From the NCBI RefSeq assembly GCF_018350175.1, contig NC_058368.1:164240001-164304000 (forward strand): a DNA stretch of 64,000 nt. The letters are read 5' to 3'. Within the stretch, counting starts at the first letter, position 1, and each line of letters begins with the position of its first letter. Of the stretch, positions 1 through 11,910 are shown one piece after another. The translations under genes were made by a program, and so were the position numbers. The stretch is from Felis catus. Taxonomy: Eukaryota. The notes under the pieces were generated by a model, which ran no database searches, was not told where the DNA came from, and saw only the letters and a list, made by a program, of their open reading frames with translations.

Positions 1-469
1 TCATATTTCTGAATTTTCTCGCTGGTTTATTATGTAGATTTTAATCTCCTATTATGAGGATAGCCATTTTAAAATGGACTGTCTTACTTCCACATCTAAT
101 TTATTTTCATTCAGCTGAGCTGATGATTGAATAACTTTGAGTTTCATGAGAATACCAGTTAGCTTATTTTAGTTGGAGGCTAAATTTATGGTAACTTATA
201 GAAACTCAAGGAAATTGACATCATTCAATTACTTGACTCTTCCAACAGCCGCATCTTCTTCATGAGAGAGGATTTGTGTACAATAAGAGCTAAAATACTT
301 GCAAGTTGACATGGAAATAACATGGATAACAGGTAAATTCATGCAGAAGCCTGAGTTATCTAAAAATGCAAATGGAATCGTAATATGTTATTTACCTCTT
401 AAAACATATTGTGTCTTCTTGTGGCATCAGGAATATAGTGGGGGGAAATACTAACTTTTAACTACAAAG

Positions 470-836
470 CCTAGTATGATCTGGTCTCTGCCTACATCTC
501 AAACTTTACCTAATACCTCTTTGTCTTCTTCTGCAACTTTATTGACTTTTTTCAGTTCCTCCAGCATCTCATGCCCTTTCCCGCCTTCGTTTCTTTATAT
601 GTGTTGCTTCCCATACCTTGAAATTCTTCTTGAACTCTTCAATCTGGCTAACTCTTATCTTTCAAGTCTCATCTTGAAATATAATTTCTTCTGTCACTCT
701 GGACCCTGGAGTGTCATTCTATCACCCCAGACAGAATTAGGTAATTGTTCCTGAATAGTACTTTCTCATGGCTTTTTCCATCACTTAGCTCGTATCTTGA
801 CTCATTAACGGCATTCAAAGAATGCTTGTTGACTGA
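470..836 (+). mobile_element. L2 LINE 3' fragment
   Basis: Pyrimidine-rich body ending GGCATTCAAAGAATGCTTGTTGACTGA. Confidence 0.55.
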
Positions 837-1464
837 GGGAGCTTTGGATTTCTGAAGTATGTCAGACTATATTTCTTAAGTATCAGTACATCTTTTTGTG
901 GGAGTAACTGAGAATTTTGCTGTTTTACTACCTCGTCATACTTCACACCCCAGTGACTGTAAGCTTCCATTCCAAATTAGTGTTGAGATGTAAGTTCAAG
1001 AGCTCTTGATCTCCAAATTCATTGTCCCAATCATCAACACTCAAATTCCAAGTCTTTAATATTTTCCCTCTTTCTCCAAGTTCCATCATAAGGGCCAATT
1101 GGGAAGGACAATGTTGGGAAGGAGAAGTTGAGCAGAGGAGCTCAGACATTCCTCTGGAAATTTCCATGTTTATGGCCCTTTGAGATGAGGCAATGGAATG
1201 TGCTCATCTTGGCCATCAGATAAAGAGCCTACTTCCTAATGTTTTATGTCCTGATGTAAATGGGTGAGAAAGTATGAAGACAGATAGGAGTAGATTTCTC
1301 AGTCTGTAAATTTACCTAAAAGCTTGATGGCAAGCATTACATCATGTGGTATTTATATCTATCTTTGGAAAAAGAAGCTGCAATTTTTTTCATCATTTTA
1401 TTTTCCAGTTTAAGTTTCTTCCTCTTTCTTAACTCATTGTGCAGTGAGAGTCTCCATGGATCAG

Positions 1465-1680
1465 TTGGTTAAGCAGCAGTCTGGAAACTCAGGTGCTCTG
1501 TAGCCCATCCCCTGCTGGGTTTTTAATTTGCTGGGTAACCTTGAACATGCCTCTGAATCTCTCTGTGCTTCATTATCAGGATCTGTAAAAGAGTGGAAAA
1601 AAGTATTAAACTTCAGGCATATTTGTGAGGAAAAACTAGTAAATGTGATGGAAAAGCACTGTGAAAATATAAAGTCCTAA
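1465..1680 (+). mobile_element. MIR/MIR3 fragment
   Basis: GCTGGGTAACCTTGAACATGCCTCTGAATCTCTCTGTGCTTCA...ATCTGTAAAA core. Confidence 0.65.
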
Positions 1681-1744
1681 CCAAAAGAAAAAGAGGAAAT
1701 CAGCCAAACCGTAGAACAACTGAGAATGTCCTTAAATGTACTTA

Positions 1745-1810
1745 GCTCTTGATGGAGAGATTTAGGTTTGATATGAGGAAAATTTTCCTGACAGTGAGTT
1801 GTTAAAATAG
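1745..1810 (+). mobile_element. L3/CR1 LINE fragment
   Basis: GAGATTTAGGTTTGATATGAGGAAAATTTTCCTGACAGTGAG resembles the CR1 ORF2 end. Confidence 0.55.
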
Positions 1811-4014
1811 GCTACCTCTTTGGCTTATAATATTTTCCTGCTGTTTCACATTTTATTATGTCAATGTCAATCTCTCATCAAAGTAGATGTGGAAGCTATA
1901 AAATAGAAATTGCCATAACTACCTCCAGTTATATGAAACATGGCCAGGCTTTGAGTAAACAGCCTTTGTTAGTGGTCGCTTTTTATCTGTAGCCTAAATA
2001 ACTACTGGGCTGACTCTAGAAGAATTTGTCAAGTAAAAATAATGTTTCCTGGTGGCTTTAGGATTTTACAGTTTAAAGTATTGTTCTTTCCAAGAATATT
2101 TACTTAATTAAATATCAATCCAGAAATCACAAATTGTCAAATTTCAGGCCCTTGAGAACAGGGGAAGAAAATCTTACCCGTTTACTTTTTAGGGACACAG
2201 GAACCACATCCCATGTGGTCACTTATTTTCTTCTTATTTCCAGATTTATTACCTGGTCCATTTAACCTCTTTCTTGAATACATGGTAAGGAGCTGACATC
2301 TGATAAGGAATAACCTTCTGGGGAAAAGGAATTGATGTGGACATGAAATATTGAAATATTGTTTAAAGGGGTTTTAAAATATTTGCCTTTAGAGGTCATA
2401 TAATGAATTCATAGAAACACATTAGTTTCCAGTAATCCAATGTTGTTCTCTTGAAGTTCAATATTAATGTTTATTGGATCAACTTTTTAATAGTTGAAAC
2501 ATCAGTCTCCTGAATGTGTGAATGATCAAAGACCCTACCTTTGAAATCGGTGTTTTGCAGCGATATCTGAGCAAGATTAAAATGTTGCTAATAATATTGA
2601 AAGTTTTAATTCAATATAAAATCCAATGTAAAAATTCTGTTGCTTATTGTATGGTTAAGAGGTTTGTTTTGCATTTTTAAAGACTGTCCTAGATATGTCA
2701 ATAAACTCTGATGGATGTGCATAATATTTCCATCAATTTATCTGAAGTATATCTTATGATTCTTACGCAAAAGAAAGGAGCTTGAAGATGGTGAGATCAT
2801 TTTGGTTTTATCTACAGCTTTTAAATTGGAATACTTAGTAGTTTATTTCGAGTTTTAGTTCCTAACTTGTGTGTCCTTGATGAAGAACCCTCAAAGAATT
2901 TGGAAATATGATTTCATAAATCAGTCCGTTTCCTGGTTGAAATCTAAACTTTTAAGCATACAGCTTTTAATTGTAACTCTAGCATGTTGCATTTGATTAT
3001 TTACTTGTTGAAAATATAGTGCAGGCCTTTCGTAACATACATTTCTTCAAGTACAAGTTTCAGTTTCTGAGCTATGGCCATGTCTTAATTGGATATCAAA
3101 TTATCTATCACTCCTGGCCTTGTAGTTTCTTTCTGATATGTTCCTTTTCTTTCTTTTTTCAGTTTCTGCATCTATAAAAAAACATTGGTGGCAAATGTTT
3201 TCCTTTGAATTATGGCATGGATAAAAAAATAATATCCAATACAACATATAACGTTAATAATATCTTAGGCTCTTCACTGAGTTTTCTTCATGATTACAGT
3301 AAGTGTATCTTTTTCCAAGAGGAATATACAAATGTTTCCCTTTAAAAGCACAGGTTAAAATGAGAGAATCTTAAGAGAATAATGGGAGAAAAGTAGAGCC
3401 AATGAAGGCAGAAGCCGTATTTTACTTAGAAAACCAGGAACAAAATTTATAGTGTACTCTTTAAATAATATGTTAGTTTGGCTCCTGCTGTGCTATATAA
3501 TTTCATATATTTAATGTGAACTTGGGGACTCATTTATATTTGGACCAAGTTAATCTTACCCGCATCTGTACCAAGTGAAGCTGCTGCAACTTATAGGACA
3601 GGCAGGAAAAGCAGTAACTTAGACGTGTCAGTACTCCGAGCCTAGTTGAGTCTTATCGACTTAGCACAAAACATTTGCTTTATATAGTGCGCAAAGCACC
3701 ATTCAGTATGTTAAGACTTCCTCATGTGGTGGAAAATTCTAATGGTCATTAATAATATTGATACTTATGTAATTCATATATCACCAAAATTGAAATTATG
3801 TGCTCTATTCACATTCTGTTCACAAATTACGCATTCTTTCGCAATGGGAAGTGAAGAACTGACAATTACTTCCTGAAATATACTCTATTGGCTGAAAATA
3901 AACAGCTAACTAAGTATCTTGCCTTCACATTTAATCTATAGGACATCTCTTTTTTTAAGACCTGTTTTACATACACCTCTTAGTACATCAAGATATTTTT
4001 CTTTTTTCTTTCTT

Positions 4015-4082
4015 GGTGAGGATTGACTAGTTAATGTTTACAAAGTATTTTGAAGGTGTAAAGTGCTATGCAAGTGCTAAAC
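4015..4082 (+). mobile_element. Ancient amniote SINE 3' tail (LF-SINE/MIR1_Amn-like)
   Basis: GTGAGGATTGACTAGTTAATGTTTACAAAGTATTTTGAAGGTGTAAAGTGCTATGCAAGTGCTAA resembles the tail of these families (from memory). Confidence 0.5.
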
Positions 4083-4808
4083 CCAATAAAAAGTATTTTA
4101 TACTGAATCTGAGAGCTGATTTGTGCAGCATCGAGCTTTGTGAGTGAATAGAGCAAAGATGATTAAAATCAACATCATTTGTAATTTAAAATACTGTGAA
4201 CAACAAAGAAGATCCAACTATGGCTTTCGTTTTGGCAGGCTGTAAATATAGATTGCTGAACAGCGGTAGTCTGTCAATATAAAGCATTTAGCACTTCACT
4301 AAGCAACTTGAGAGTTTTCTACTTTAGGAAGAAAAAATAGAGATGAGATCAGATTTGGTATAACATTATTTTGATGGATTGACTATATCATTATTAAAAA
4401 GAAAACTAAAACTGAACAAAATCTAAGAAGAGATAGTCTTCAATATAGAATTTACCAGCATGGTGGTGAATGTTCAAAATGGGGAGACTCTGTCCAGGAA
4501 GGCTCCCCACTGCATTCTGAATGTACAGAGGGATGATGACAGAAACCAATTGCATGGGAAAACTAAGCATAGAATTCATAAGCAAAGATTGAGAACAGAT
4601 AATAGATTGACAGTCACTCATATGAGAAGTAGTTTTGAAATCCAGTTGGGCGGTGTCCACAATCATTTTTAAAAATGCAAAAATACTTTTATTTATTAAA
4701 GTAATAAATGTTGATTCAGTCCACAAAATATTCTCAGAACTTTGGGGAACACTTTTATTTATTATATTTATACAATGCCAGTCTTAAAAATAATTTAAGA
4801 TTGCTCTT

Positions 4809-5024
4809 GAGGCGCCTGGGTGGCGCAGTCGGTTAAGCGTCCGACTTCAGCCAGGTCACGATCTCGCAGTCCGGGAGTTCGAGCCCCGCGTCAGGCTCTG
4901 GGCTGATGGCTCAGAGCCTGGAGCCTGTTTCTGATTCTGTGTCTCCCTCTCTCTCTGCCCCTCCCCCATTCATGCTCTGTCTCTCTCTGTCCCAAAAATA
5001 AATAAACGTTGAAAAAAAATTAAA
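4809..5024 (+). mobile_element. Young felid Can-SINE (SINEC_Fc type), full length
   Basis: GAGGCGCCTGGGTGGCGCAGTCGGTTAAGCGTCCGACTTCAGCCAGG head, B-box GTTCGAGCC, (CT)n region and A-rich tail. Perfect TSD AAAAATAATTTAAGATTGCTCTT at 4786-4808 and 5025-5047. CpGs largely intact. Confidence 0.97.
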
Positions 5025-5276
5025 AAAAATAATTTAAGATTGCTCTTAAGGGATATAAAATGAATACGACACAAACCATAAACTTACAGAACTAATAGTT
5101 GAGGAAGTAAAATAAAATGTCTAAGTAAATATCTATACTACAAAAGAGAATGTGGAAGTTACATGATTAAGATATTGATTTCATATTTAGGGAATTCAGA
5201 GGAAGAGATATTGCATCCATCAGGGAAAACCAAATAATATTTTTAATTAAAGTGTTATAGTTTTGCCAATATCTAT

Positions 5277-5306
5277 CTACCTGTCTACCTACCTACCTAC
5301 CTACCT
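5277..5306. repeat. (TACC)n tetranucleotide repeat
   Basis: Direct read, imperfect. Confidence 0.85.
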
Positions 5307-5395
5307 AACCAGTGAATTGAGAGAAATATTTAAGGCAACAACAGAAATATAAAGAGATTATTTTGGTTCATTAATTTCACAAATATTTATCCTGA

Positions 5396-5556
5396 TTTTT
5401 TAAAGTTTATTTATTATTTATTTTGAGAGAGAGAGTCCACAAGCAGGGGAGAGAGAGAAAGAAGTCAATGCGGGGCTGAAACTCAGGAACAGTGAGATCA
5501 TTACCTTAGCCAAAAGAGAATCAGTTGCTTAAACAAATGAGCCAACCAGGCACCCC
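5396..5556 (-). mobile_element. Older Can-SINE, internally shortened
   Basis: T-rich tail, GA run, ends GAGCCAACCAGGCACCCC. Degenerate TSD TATCCTGA (5388-5395) / TATCTTGA (5557-5564). Confidence 0.88.
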
Positions 5557-6761
5557 TATCTTGAACCTTATATTTAAAAGCAAAAGTTTTACATTTAGAA
5601 AATGCATTACTTTGTTAATAAGTCAAGGCTGTGCATTTACAGTTCACTGATTTTGTTTTTATCCTGCTGTGACACATTTACTAAGACTAGTGTGTTTAAG
5701 AACAATTCACACATTTTTTTTTAAGTTGCAACAAGATTCAATTTCATATTTTTACCTAAGTTTTGGGCAGATAGGCAAAATCATTATGTTTCAGTCATTC
5801 CAATGGCCAATGGACCTACCCAGTAAGAAAACTGGAGATATGGCCTGCCCAAAATGTAAAAAGAACTAGATACTATCAGAGCACTAAATCTATATTTTTA
5901 TTGTCATTCTAATCTTTTCTGCTGTTGCCTTTATTCTTTAGCTTACAACCTTTATATACCTAGGATCCCCATTCTGCTTCTTAATCTCCCATCATCTGTA
6001 TTCCTGCACTCACCTGTTTCCTTTCTCCTACTAGAGTTTTTCATGTATTTCTTTTAATATGCACACTCATTGAGAAGTATTTAAAAATTTAGAAGTATAA
6101 GGATATCAATAAAATCTCTCATGATCTCACTATTACATAGATATTTTTAATGTTTGGGGTATGTCTTCCAAATCATTTTTTTACCCTAGACACTTTTAAA
6201 AGTTTGTATAATATTTTGTAAATATGTATTGAACCTCATGTCATCAACTTTCCAGAAGTTTCTTCTTGGAGATGGTAGTGGTGCCTTTTCACCATCCCTT
6301 AAGTCCCATGAATTAGGAAATGGCAGTGTATGTAAATCTACTCCAAGATGAAAGGACTTAATTTATAAAGCCCCAGACCAAAGTATTGTGTGAACAAGGC
6401 CAGCATTATTACTTTTCTGAAATCTTGAGTACGGAACATCAACCAACATTTATTGCATTTTCACTGCATGCTGGGAAAGCATTATATTCTAGAATGGAAT
6501 GAGATGCAGTGAGATGGCAGGAGTGCTGTCCTAGCAAGCTCTATCTGTGCAATTGTGGAATAACTGTTTCTATACATCTCTGGTTTTTCATTCAACATTG
6601 GGCTTCTTGAGGTTTAACATAGCTTAATTCATTTTTAGATCACCAGCACCTGATATAAAACATAACACATATGGAGTGATTAGTGAAGGGTTCTTGAATT
6701 GAATGACAGGACTGTCCTAGGTTCCTTAAAGTCTGTGTTTGATTAATGATTCCTAAGTTAT

Positions 6762-6983
6762 TTTTTTAACGTTTTTTTTTTTTTTTTTTTTTTTTTTGAG
6801 ACAGAGAGAGACAGAGCATGAACAGGGGAGGGGCAGAGAGAGAGGGAGACACAGAATCGGAAGCAGGCTCCAGGCTCTGAGCCATCAGCCCAGAGCCTGA
6901 CGCGGGGCTCGAACTCACGGACCGCGAGATCGTGACCTGAGCTGAAGTCGGACGCTTAACCGACTGAGCCACCCAGGCGCCCC
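6762..6983 (-). mobile_element. Young felid Can-SINE, full length
   Basis: Ends GAGCCACCCAGGCGCCCC. Perfect 17-bp TSD AATGATTCCTAAGTTAT at 6745-6761 and 6984-7000. Confidence 0.97.
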
Positions 6984-7039
6984 AATGATTCCTAAGTTAT
7001 ATGTGAATCATTGATAACTAAAAAAATAACTGTTAATTC

Positions 7040-7255
7040 TGGTCTTTCACATATGTCAAGTTCTTACTCTGTAACAGTGTGCTTTATACATATTGGCAGA
7101 TATCACCTTCAAAAACCTTAAGGAGTAAGGACCCTTATTTTCATGGTTTTACAATAACTGAGGTTCAATATCTTAATTTTCCCAAGTTCATGTAGTGAGC
7201 AAGTGGGGAATGGTACGTGGACCCAGTTCTGACGCAACTGTAACTATTATGCCAG
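7040..7255 (-). mobile_element. MIR fragment
   Basis: TTTTACAATAACTGAGGTTCA...TTTCCCAAGTTCATGTAG core. Confidence 0.6.
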
Positions 7256-7510
7256 ACTGCCTCACAAATGGCACCAACTAAAGGGATGCACCAACAGTAA
7301 GAAAACCAGAGCTTCCAGAACTTACGATCACCTATTAGTTCAGTTCAAAAGTGATCTGAGAAGTTCCTTAAACTCATTTTCAGCTTTTTTTTTGGGGGGG
7401 GGGCAAGAATTGTGACATGGTATTCTAAATGAAATAACTAAGTTCTGTTAAGTAGAGTTAAGACATACTGGGGCATTTTCTTGTATTCATTTCTAAATGC
7501 TATACTCTTG

Positions 7511-7728
7511 TTTTTTTAAATTTTTTAAATGTTTATTTTTGAGGCGGGGGGGGGGGGGAGAGTGCGGCCAGGGGAGGGGCAGAGAGTTAGGGAGAGACAG
7601 AATCTGAAGCAGGATCTAGGCTCTGAGCTGTCAGCACAAAGCACCACGTGTGCTCAAACTCAAGAACTGTGAGATCATGACCTGGTTTGAATACGGACGC
7701 TTAACTGACTGAGCCACCCAGGCACCCC
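7511..7728 (-). mobile_element. Can-SINE with a poly-G run in place of part of the GA region
   Basis: SINE body ending GAGCCACCCAGGCACCCC. TSD core TCTAAATGCT at 7492-7501 and 7729-7738. Confidence 0.93.
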
Positions 7729-7934
7729 TCTAAATGCTTATTCTAAGAAGGATATTTTCAAACTGGGATTTATCTCACAGAAAGTGAAGAAACAAACTCA
7801 TTTGACTTAAGAATTACAGTAACACGGTTTTAAGAGCTTGGAGAAGAGAAAGAAACGAGTGTGTGTATGATTTTGAAGGAAGGTTATTTGTAGGATGTGC
7901 AAGTTGCAGTGAAGTTTCGGGAGACTGACAGGAA

Positions 7935-8330
7935 TGGAATCCTATTTGAAATATTCCACATAGAAGGGTGGATTTGTGGAAGTCTGAATGGGAATCTATT
8001 CCATGTGACTACAGAGTTCAGACTTAAGAACAATGGAAGAACATTCTAGGAGACAAAATCTAACTGTATAAGGAATATCATTTTCACAATTTCAGCTTTC
8101 CCTCCCACCAGAGGGCAGGCGACTGTGCTTTTGATCTTTTTTATTGCCAATGCCTGGCAACATGCCCGACTTGCAGTCGACTTGAGTGTTGGTTTACTAA
8201 ATCCATTAATAGGTGTTCAAAAACAGCATGAAGAGCTAAATGATGAGGTATGGATTCCTATTAATGGTGGATTCATTCACAATCTTTGACAGGGACTGTC
8301 CAGTGTGCTGTGGAATGGGTTTTTAAGAGT
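7935..8330 (+). mobile_element. L3/CR1 remnant, apparently with an L2 tail nested at about 8090-8200
   Basis: TATTTGAAATATTCCACATAGAAG...ATAAGGAATATCATTTTCACAAT, then GAGGGCAGG...TGCCTGGCA (L2-like). Confidence 0.4.
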
Positions 8331-9069
8331 CTGGTACAAGGAAAGCCTGGCATCAGGCAGAGTGCAGAGGCTCTGCTCGGAAAACCTGGTTGCTAGGTTA
8401 GAGTGGACCTGCAAGATGGACCATGAGCTATGGATTCCTGCTCAGAGACCAGATGAGTCCCAGCACTTGGGGTGGGGCTGAGGCTACAGGTCTGCACTAA
8501 GAGGTTCCAGCTGTCAGGGAACAGGCAGGCCATTTATATGAATAAGTCTTAGACAACTTTGATATAAAAGATTTTAGCATTTTGATGAGTTAAGATTACT
8601 TGAACACTTGGAAAAATAGAATTGCAGATCTTTTCATAAACTGTTAGTAATTACTAAAAGAAATCATTTCCAGAAATAGTATGTTCAAATCAGTGGTTCT
8701 CAAATATGACAGTGTAACTCCCAACTGAGAGCATTAATTCTGATTTAGGAGTGGGATGAAATTATTTCTAAGTTTTTTTTTTTTCTCTTTTAAAAGAAAT
8801 TAATCAGCCCCCTCTCCTTCTCCTAGTCAATAAAATATACAGTTTTTTTTTTAAGTTTTGGATGTTCTCTGATATATAGAATTTTTTTTACTTATATTTA
8901 TGAATGTCACTGAAATATTCAGTTTAAAATTGAAAGTTTAGTTAGCTTTTGTTTACATTATGGTGAATAATAGACCTGTTTTCATTTTAATTAGACTGAA
9001 TCATCTAGTAGGGTTTTTTTCCCCCTAGGAGGCCAGTAATCTGCTTTTAATGTTTTTAAAGTGAGAAAA

Positions 9070-9510
9070 AATTCTGTCCATTACAGATGTCAATTCTTCT
9101 GCTCTTCTTATTAATAAGAACCCCAATTTTAGCTGACTACCTTGCTGCCCACTCAAAAACTGGATTTCCCCTTGAAATAGTTGTGGCCTTATGAATAAAT
9201 TTTGAACACTGAGAATTAAGTGTTGTTTGCAATTTTTAGGAAATATCCTCAAATGGAGTGAGATTTCCATTCTTGGTCTCTTTTTTATTCCTGGGATATG
9301 GACATGATGACCAGAGCAGAAGCAGCCATGTTGTGAAATGAGGCAGCACACTACAGATGGCAGAGTAGCCGGAAGCTGCAAAACAGCTCTGGGCTGCCTA
9401 AATCTATTACTGAATGAGAATAAATGTTAATCTTGTTTGTCCTTTTTTGTTGGTGTTATTGTTTTTACTGTTGTTATTTTTATGCGTAGGTGAACTTAAT
9501 ACTGATATAC
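9070..9510 (+). mobile_element. Old MaLR LTR (MLT1J/K-like)
   Basis: AGCAGCCATGTTGTGA...GATGGCAGAGTAG...GAGAAATAAATGTTAATCTTGTTT...CTGATATAC pattern. Confidence 0.65.
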
Positions 9511-9531
9511 CCGAAGATTTAACTGTCAAGG

Positions 9532-9534
<3 letters not shown>

Positions 9535-9575
<41 letters not shown>

Positions 9576-9578
9576 ACA
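9535..9578. repeat. (CA)n microsatellite
   Basis: Direct read, one interruption. Confidence 0.97.
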
Positions 9579-10528
9579 TTTTCACATTTGTGTAACGCAA
9601 TTGTAATTGATTTGTGTTGGAGCTGCTCAGTAACCTCTACAGTTGTGACAGTGATTAAAATTTATCAAATACCTTTGGTGATTTGAACTGTCATGGATTG
9701 ACACCAGTGACTGATGTATTTCTAGATTTTCCCTTTTAGGAAAGAGAAAAGCTACCTTTGAATCTTCCTCCAAACATAGTACTTTCTAAGTTGTTGAAAT
9801 CTGTGTTTGGAAAATAAATCATACGTGGAAAAGAGAATTAGAAGAAAATAATAAGGTTTTTAGTTAAAATATATTTTTGGCACTTTGAAGTCTTTAATAA
9901 TATAGAAAGTTTTGTGAGAAATATTATTTTATTTAAAAGCACTGAGCTTAGGCTGTTCATTCAAATGATATGGAGTAGTATAGGGTGGATTGAGTCCTAA
10001 GTTTTTGCTTCTCCTTGTAGTCTGGTACCTTTTTATCCCATGGGTTTGCTCTTAGCACAGACTTGGCTGCAATTAATTAACTGAAATCTTGCCGAATTCT
10101 GTTCATGGAAACCAGAGCCAAAGGCTTCCTCCCTGCCTTTTGGTGCTAGGGGTATTGTGCTGATCTTTTGATTTGAGGTCATGTTTATTCCTCTATTCAT
10201 GCTGTTCACAATGTGGCTGCTAAACGTATACCTATATTAAGAATTCCTGCTGTTAGCATAGGTGCACCAAATAGAGTCCAAATCATTGCATAAATGCTCT
10301 ACAGGGAAATTGGGCAAAAATGTGTGAAACTACTTTTTTTAAGTCCCAGGAATGTTTTAAGAACATCTTTAGTAGAAGCGACTGAATTACATTTCTATTT
10401 AAGTCTTGTTTTAAACAATAGTTCATCTGAGGCAAGAAGAACACGTAAAGATTTTTGTGACTCTAAGACGATCTGTAAAAGAAAATAATTGAAAAAACAC
10501 TTTATAGCAAAAGAATTTCTAGCTATTC

Positions 10529-10742
10529 TTTTTTTTTAACGTTTTATTTTTATTTTTGGGACAGAGAGAGACAGAGCATGAACGGGGGAGGGGCAGAGAG
10601 AGAGGGAGACACAGAATCGGAAACAGGCTCCAGGCTCTGAGCCATCAGCCCAGAGCCTGACGCGGGGCTCGAACTCCCGGACCGCAAGATCGTGACCTGG
10701 CTGAAGTCGGACGCCTAACTGACTGCGCCACCCAGGCGCCCC
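10529..10742 (-). mobile_element. Young felid Can-SINE (SINEC_Fc type)
   Basis: Ends GCGCCACCCAGGCGCCCC, CpG-rich. Flanks TCTAGCTATTCTT and TCTAGCTAATTATTCTT (TSD with a 4-bp indel). Confidence 0.97.
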
Positions 10743-11211
10743 TCTAGCTAATTATTCTTAAAACCCATGTGTTAAAAGTAGTATCTGAAAGAGTTGAGTT
10801 CAGAGAAGATTTACAATTCGCCATTGTGCTAAAATTACTAATAAATGTGCTCCTACCATGTATGCATAATACCGAAGTGTCTTTATACACACTCATCTAC
10901 ACAGATGGGTCATATATTAGAGAGAGAAAGTGAGATTTGCAATCTCACTTTAGCTGGTTCTGATGTGAGACTAGGGAGCATGGTTTGAAGAAACTGACTT
11001 CTTTTCATCAAAATAGGGAGGTCTTGTGTTTGTGTGTGTATTTCTTATTCACTTATTCTTACTCTTTCCACTTGTCGAGTAAAGAAAATTTCCAACTTCG
11101 CCAATGCTACTCTTGTTCTCTTCTACTCACAAGCTCATCATGATGGTAAGTAGTATCCTGACTTCTAATAACATAGATGAGTTTTACATGCTGTATTTTT
11201 GCATTTTTTCA

Positions 11212-11422
11212 CTTTTAAAAATTGAGGAATAAAATATTCCCATTGAAACAAAGAAAGTACAAGAATTTTAAGAGTTTAGCTTAACAAATGTTTACACATA
11301 TTATATACTCGTGTAACCATCATTCAGGTCAAGATACGGATTTCTGTCGTGTCAGATGCTTTCTTGCTGCCCCTTTACGGTCAATGCTCATCTCCGCAGA
11401 GCTAACCACCACTCTTACTCTT
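11212..11422 (-). mobile_element. Old L1 (L1MD/ME-like) 3' end fragment
   Basis: TTTTAAAAATTGAG...CTCGTGTAACCATCATTCAGGTCAAGATA...TAACCACCACTCT pattern. Confidence 0.65.
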
Positions 11423-11714
11423 AATTATGTGTTCAGTGGGCCTTTATTGTGTTAACTGCTGTGCTGCCTGCTAGAATTGAACAGCATGGTCCCTGCCTCC
11501 AAGGAAATTAACTGGGGAGACTCTAGACCTATAAGCAGGGAATTTCAGGACTGTGTGCCGGGGGCTGTGGTTGAGATACGATGAAAGTTCCCTAGGAACT
11601 GTAGGAAGTGCAGCTGATTGAAAAAGGGATTGTCTCAGTATTCTAAGTGACACTAGAACCAGACACAGGAATACCGAGAACTACAGCTAACAGTATGGCC
11701 CACATGACCCAAGC

Positions 11715-11910
11715 CAGGCACTGACGAGTGCTTTCATAACCTACCGATTGTGGGTGTTCAACACAGCAGCAGGGGCAGGTATTACCAATCCCATTTAATT
11801 GGTGCCAAAACTGAGGCACACAACTGAGCAGTATGCCTAAAATCGTACTAAGTGATGGAGACAGATTCCAAAGCAGAAAGGGTAGCAGTAGGACTTGCCT
11901 TCTTAATTAC
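11715..11910 (-). mobile_element. MIR fragment
   Basis: GCCAGGCACTG...CCCATTTAATTGGTGCCAAAACTGAGGCAC core. Confidence 0.6.

Noticed and set aside
6766..6972. Recurrent 'MAQSVKRPTSAQV...' peptide (also 39685-39888, 24946-25137, 60302-60517)
   Set aside because: Translation of the Can-SINE body, not a gene family.
9725..9820. Acceptor-like TTTTCCCTTTTAG|G as a coding exon start
   Set aside because: No convincing donor or recognisable peptide follows.
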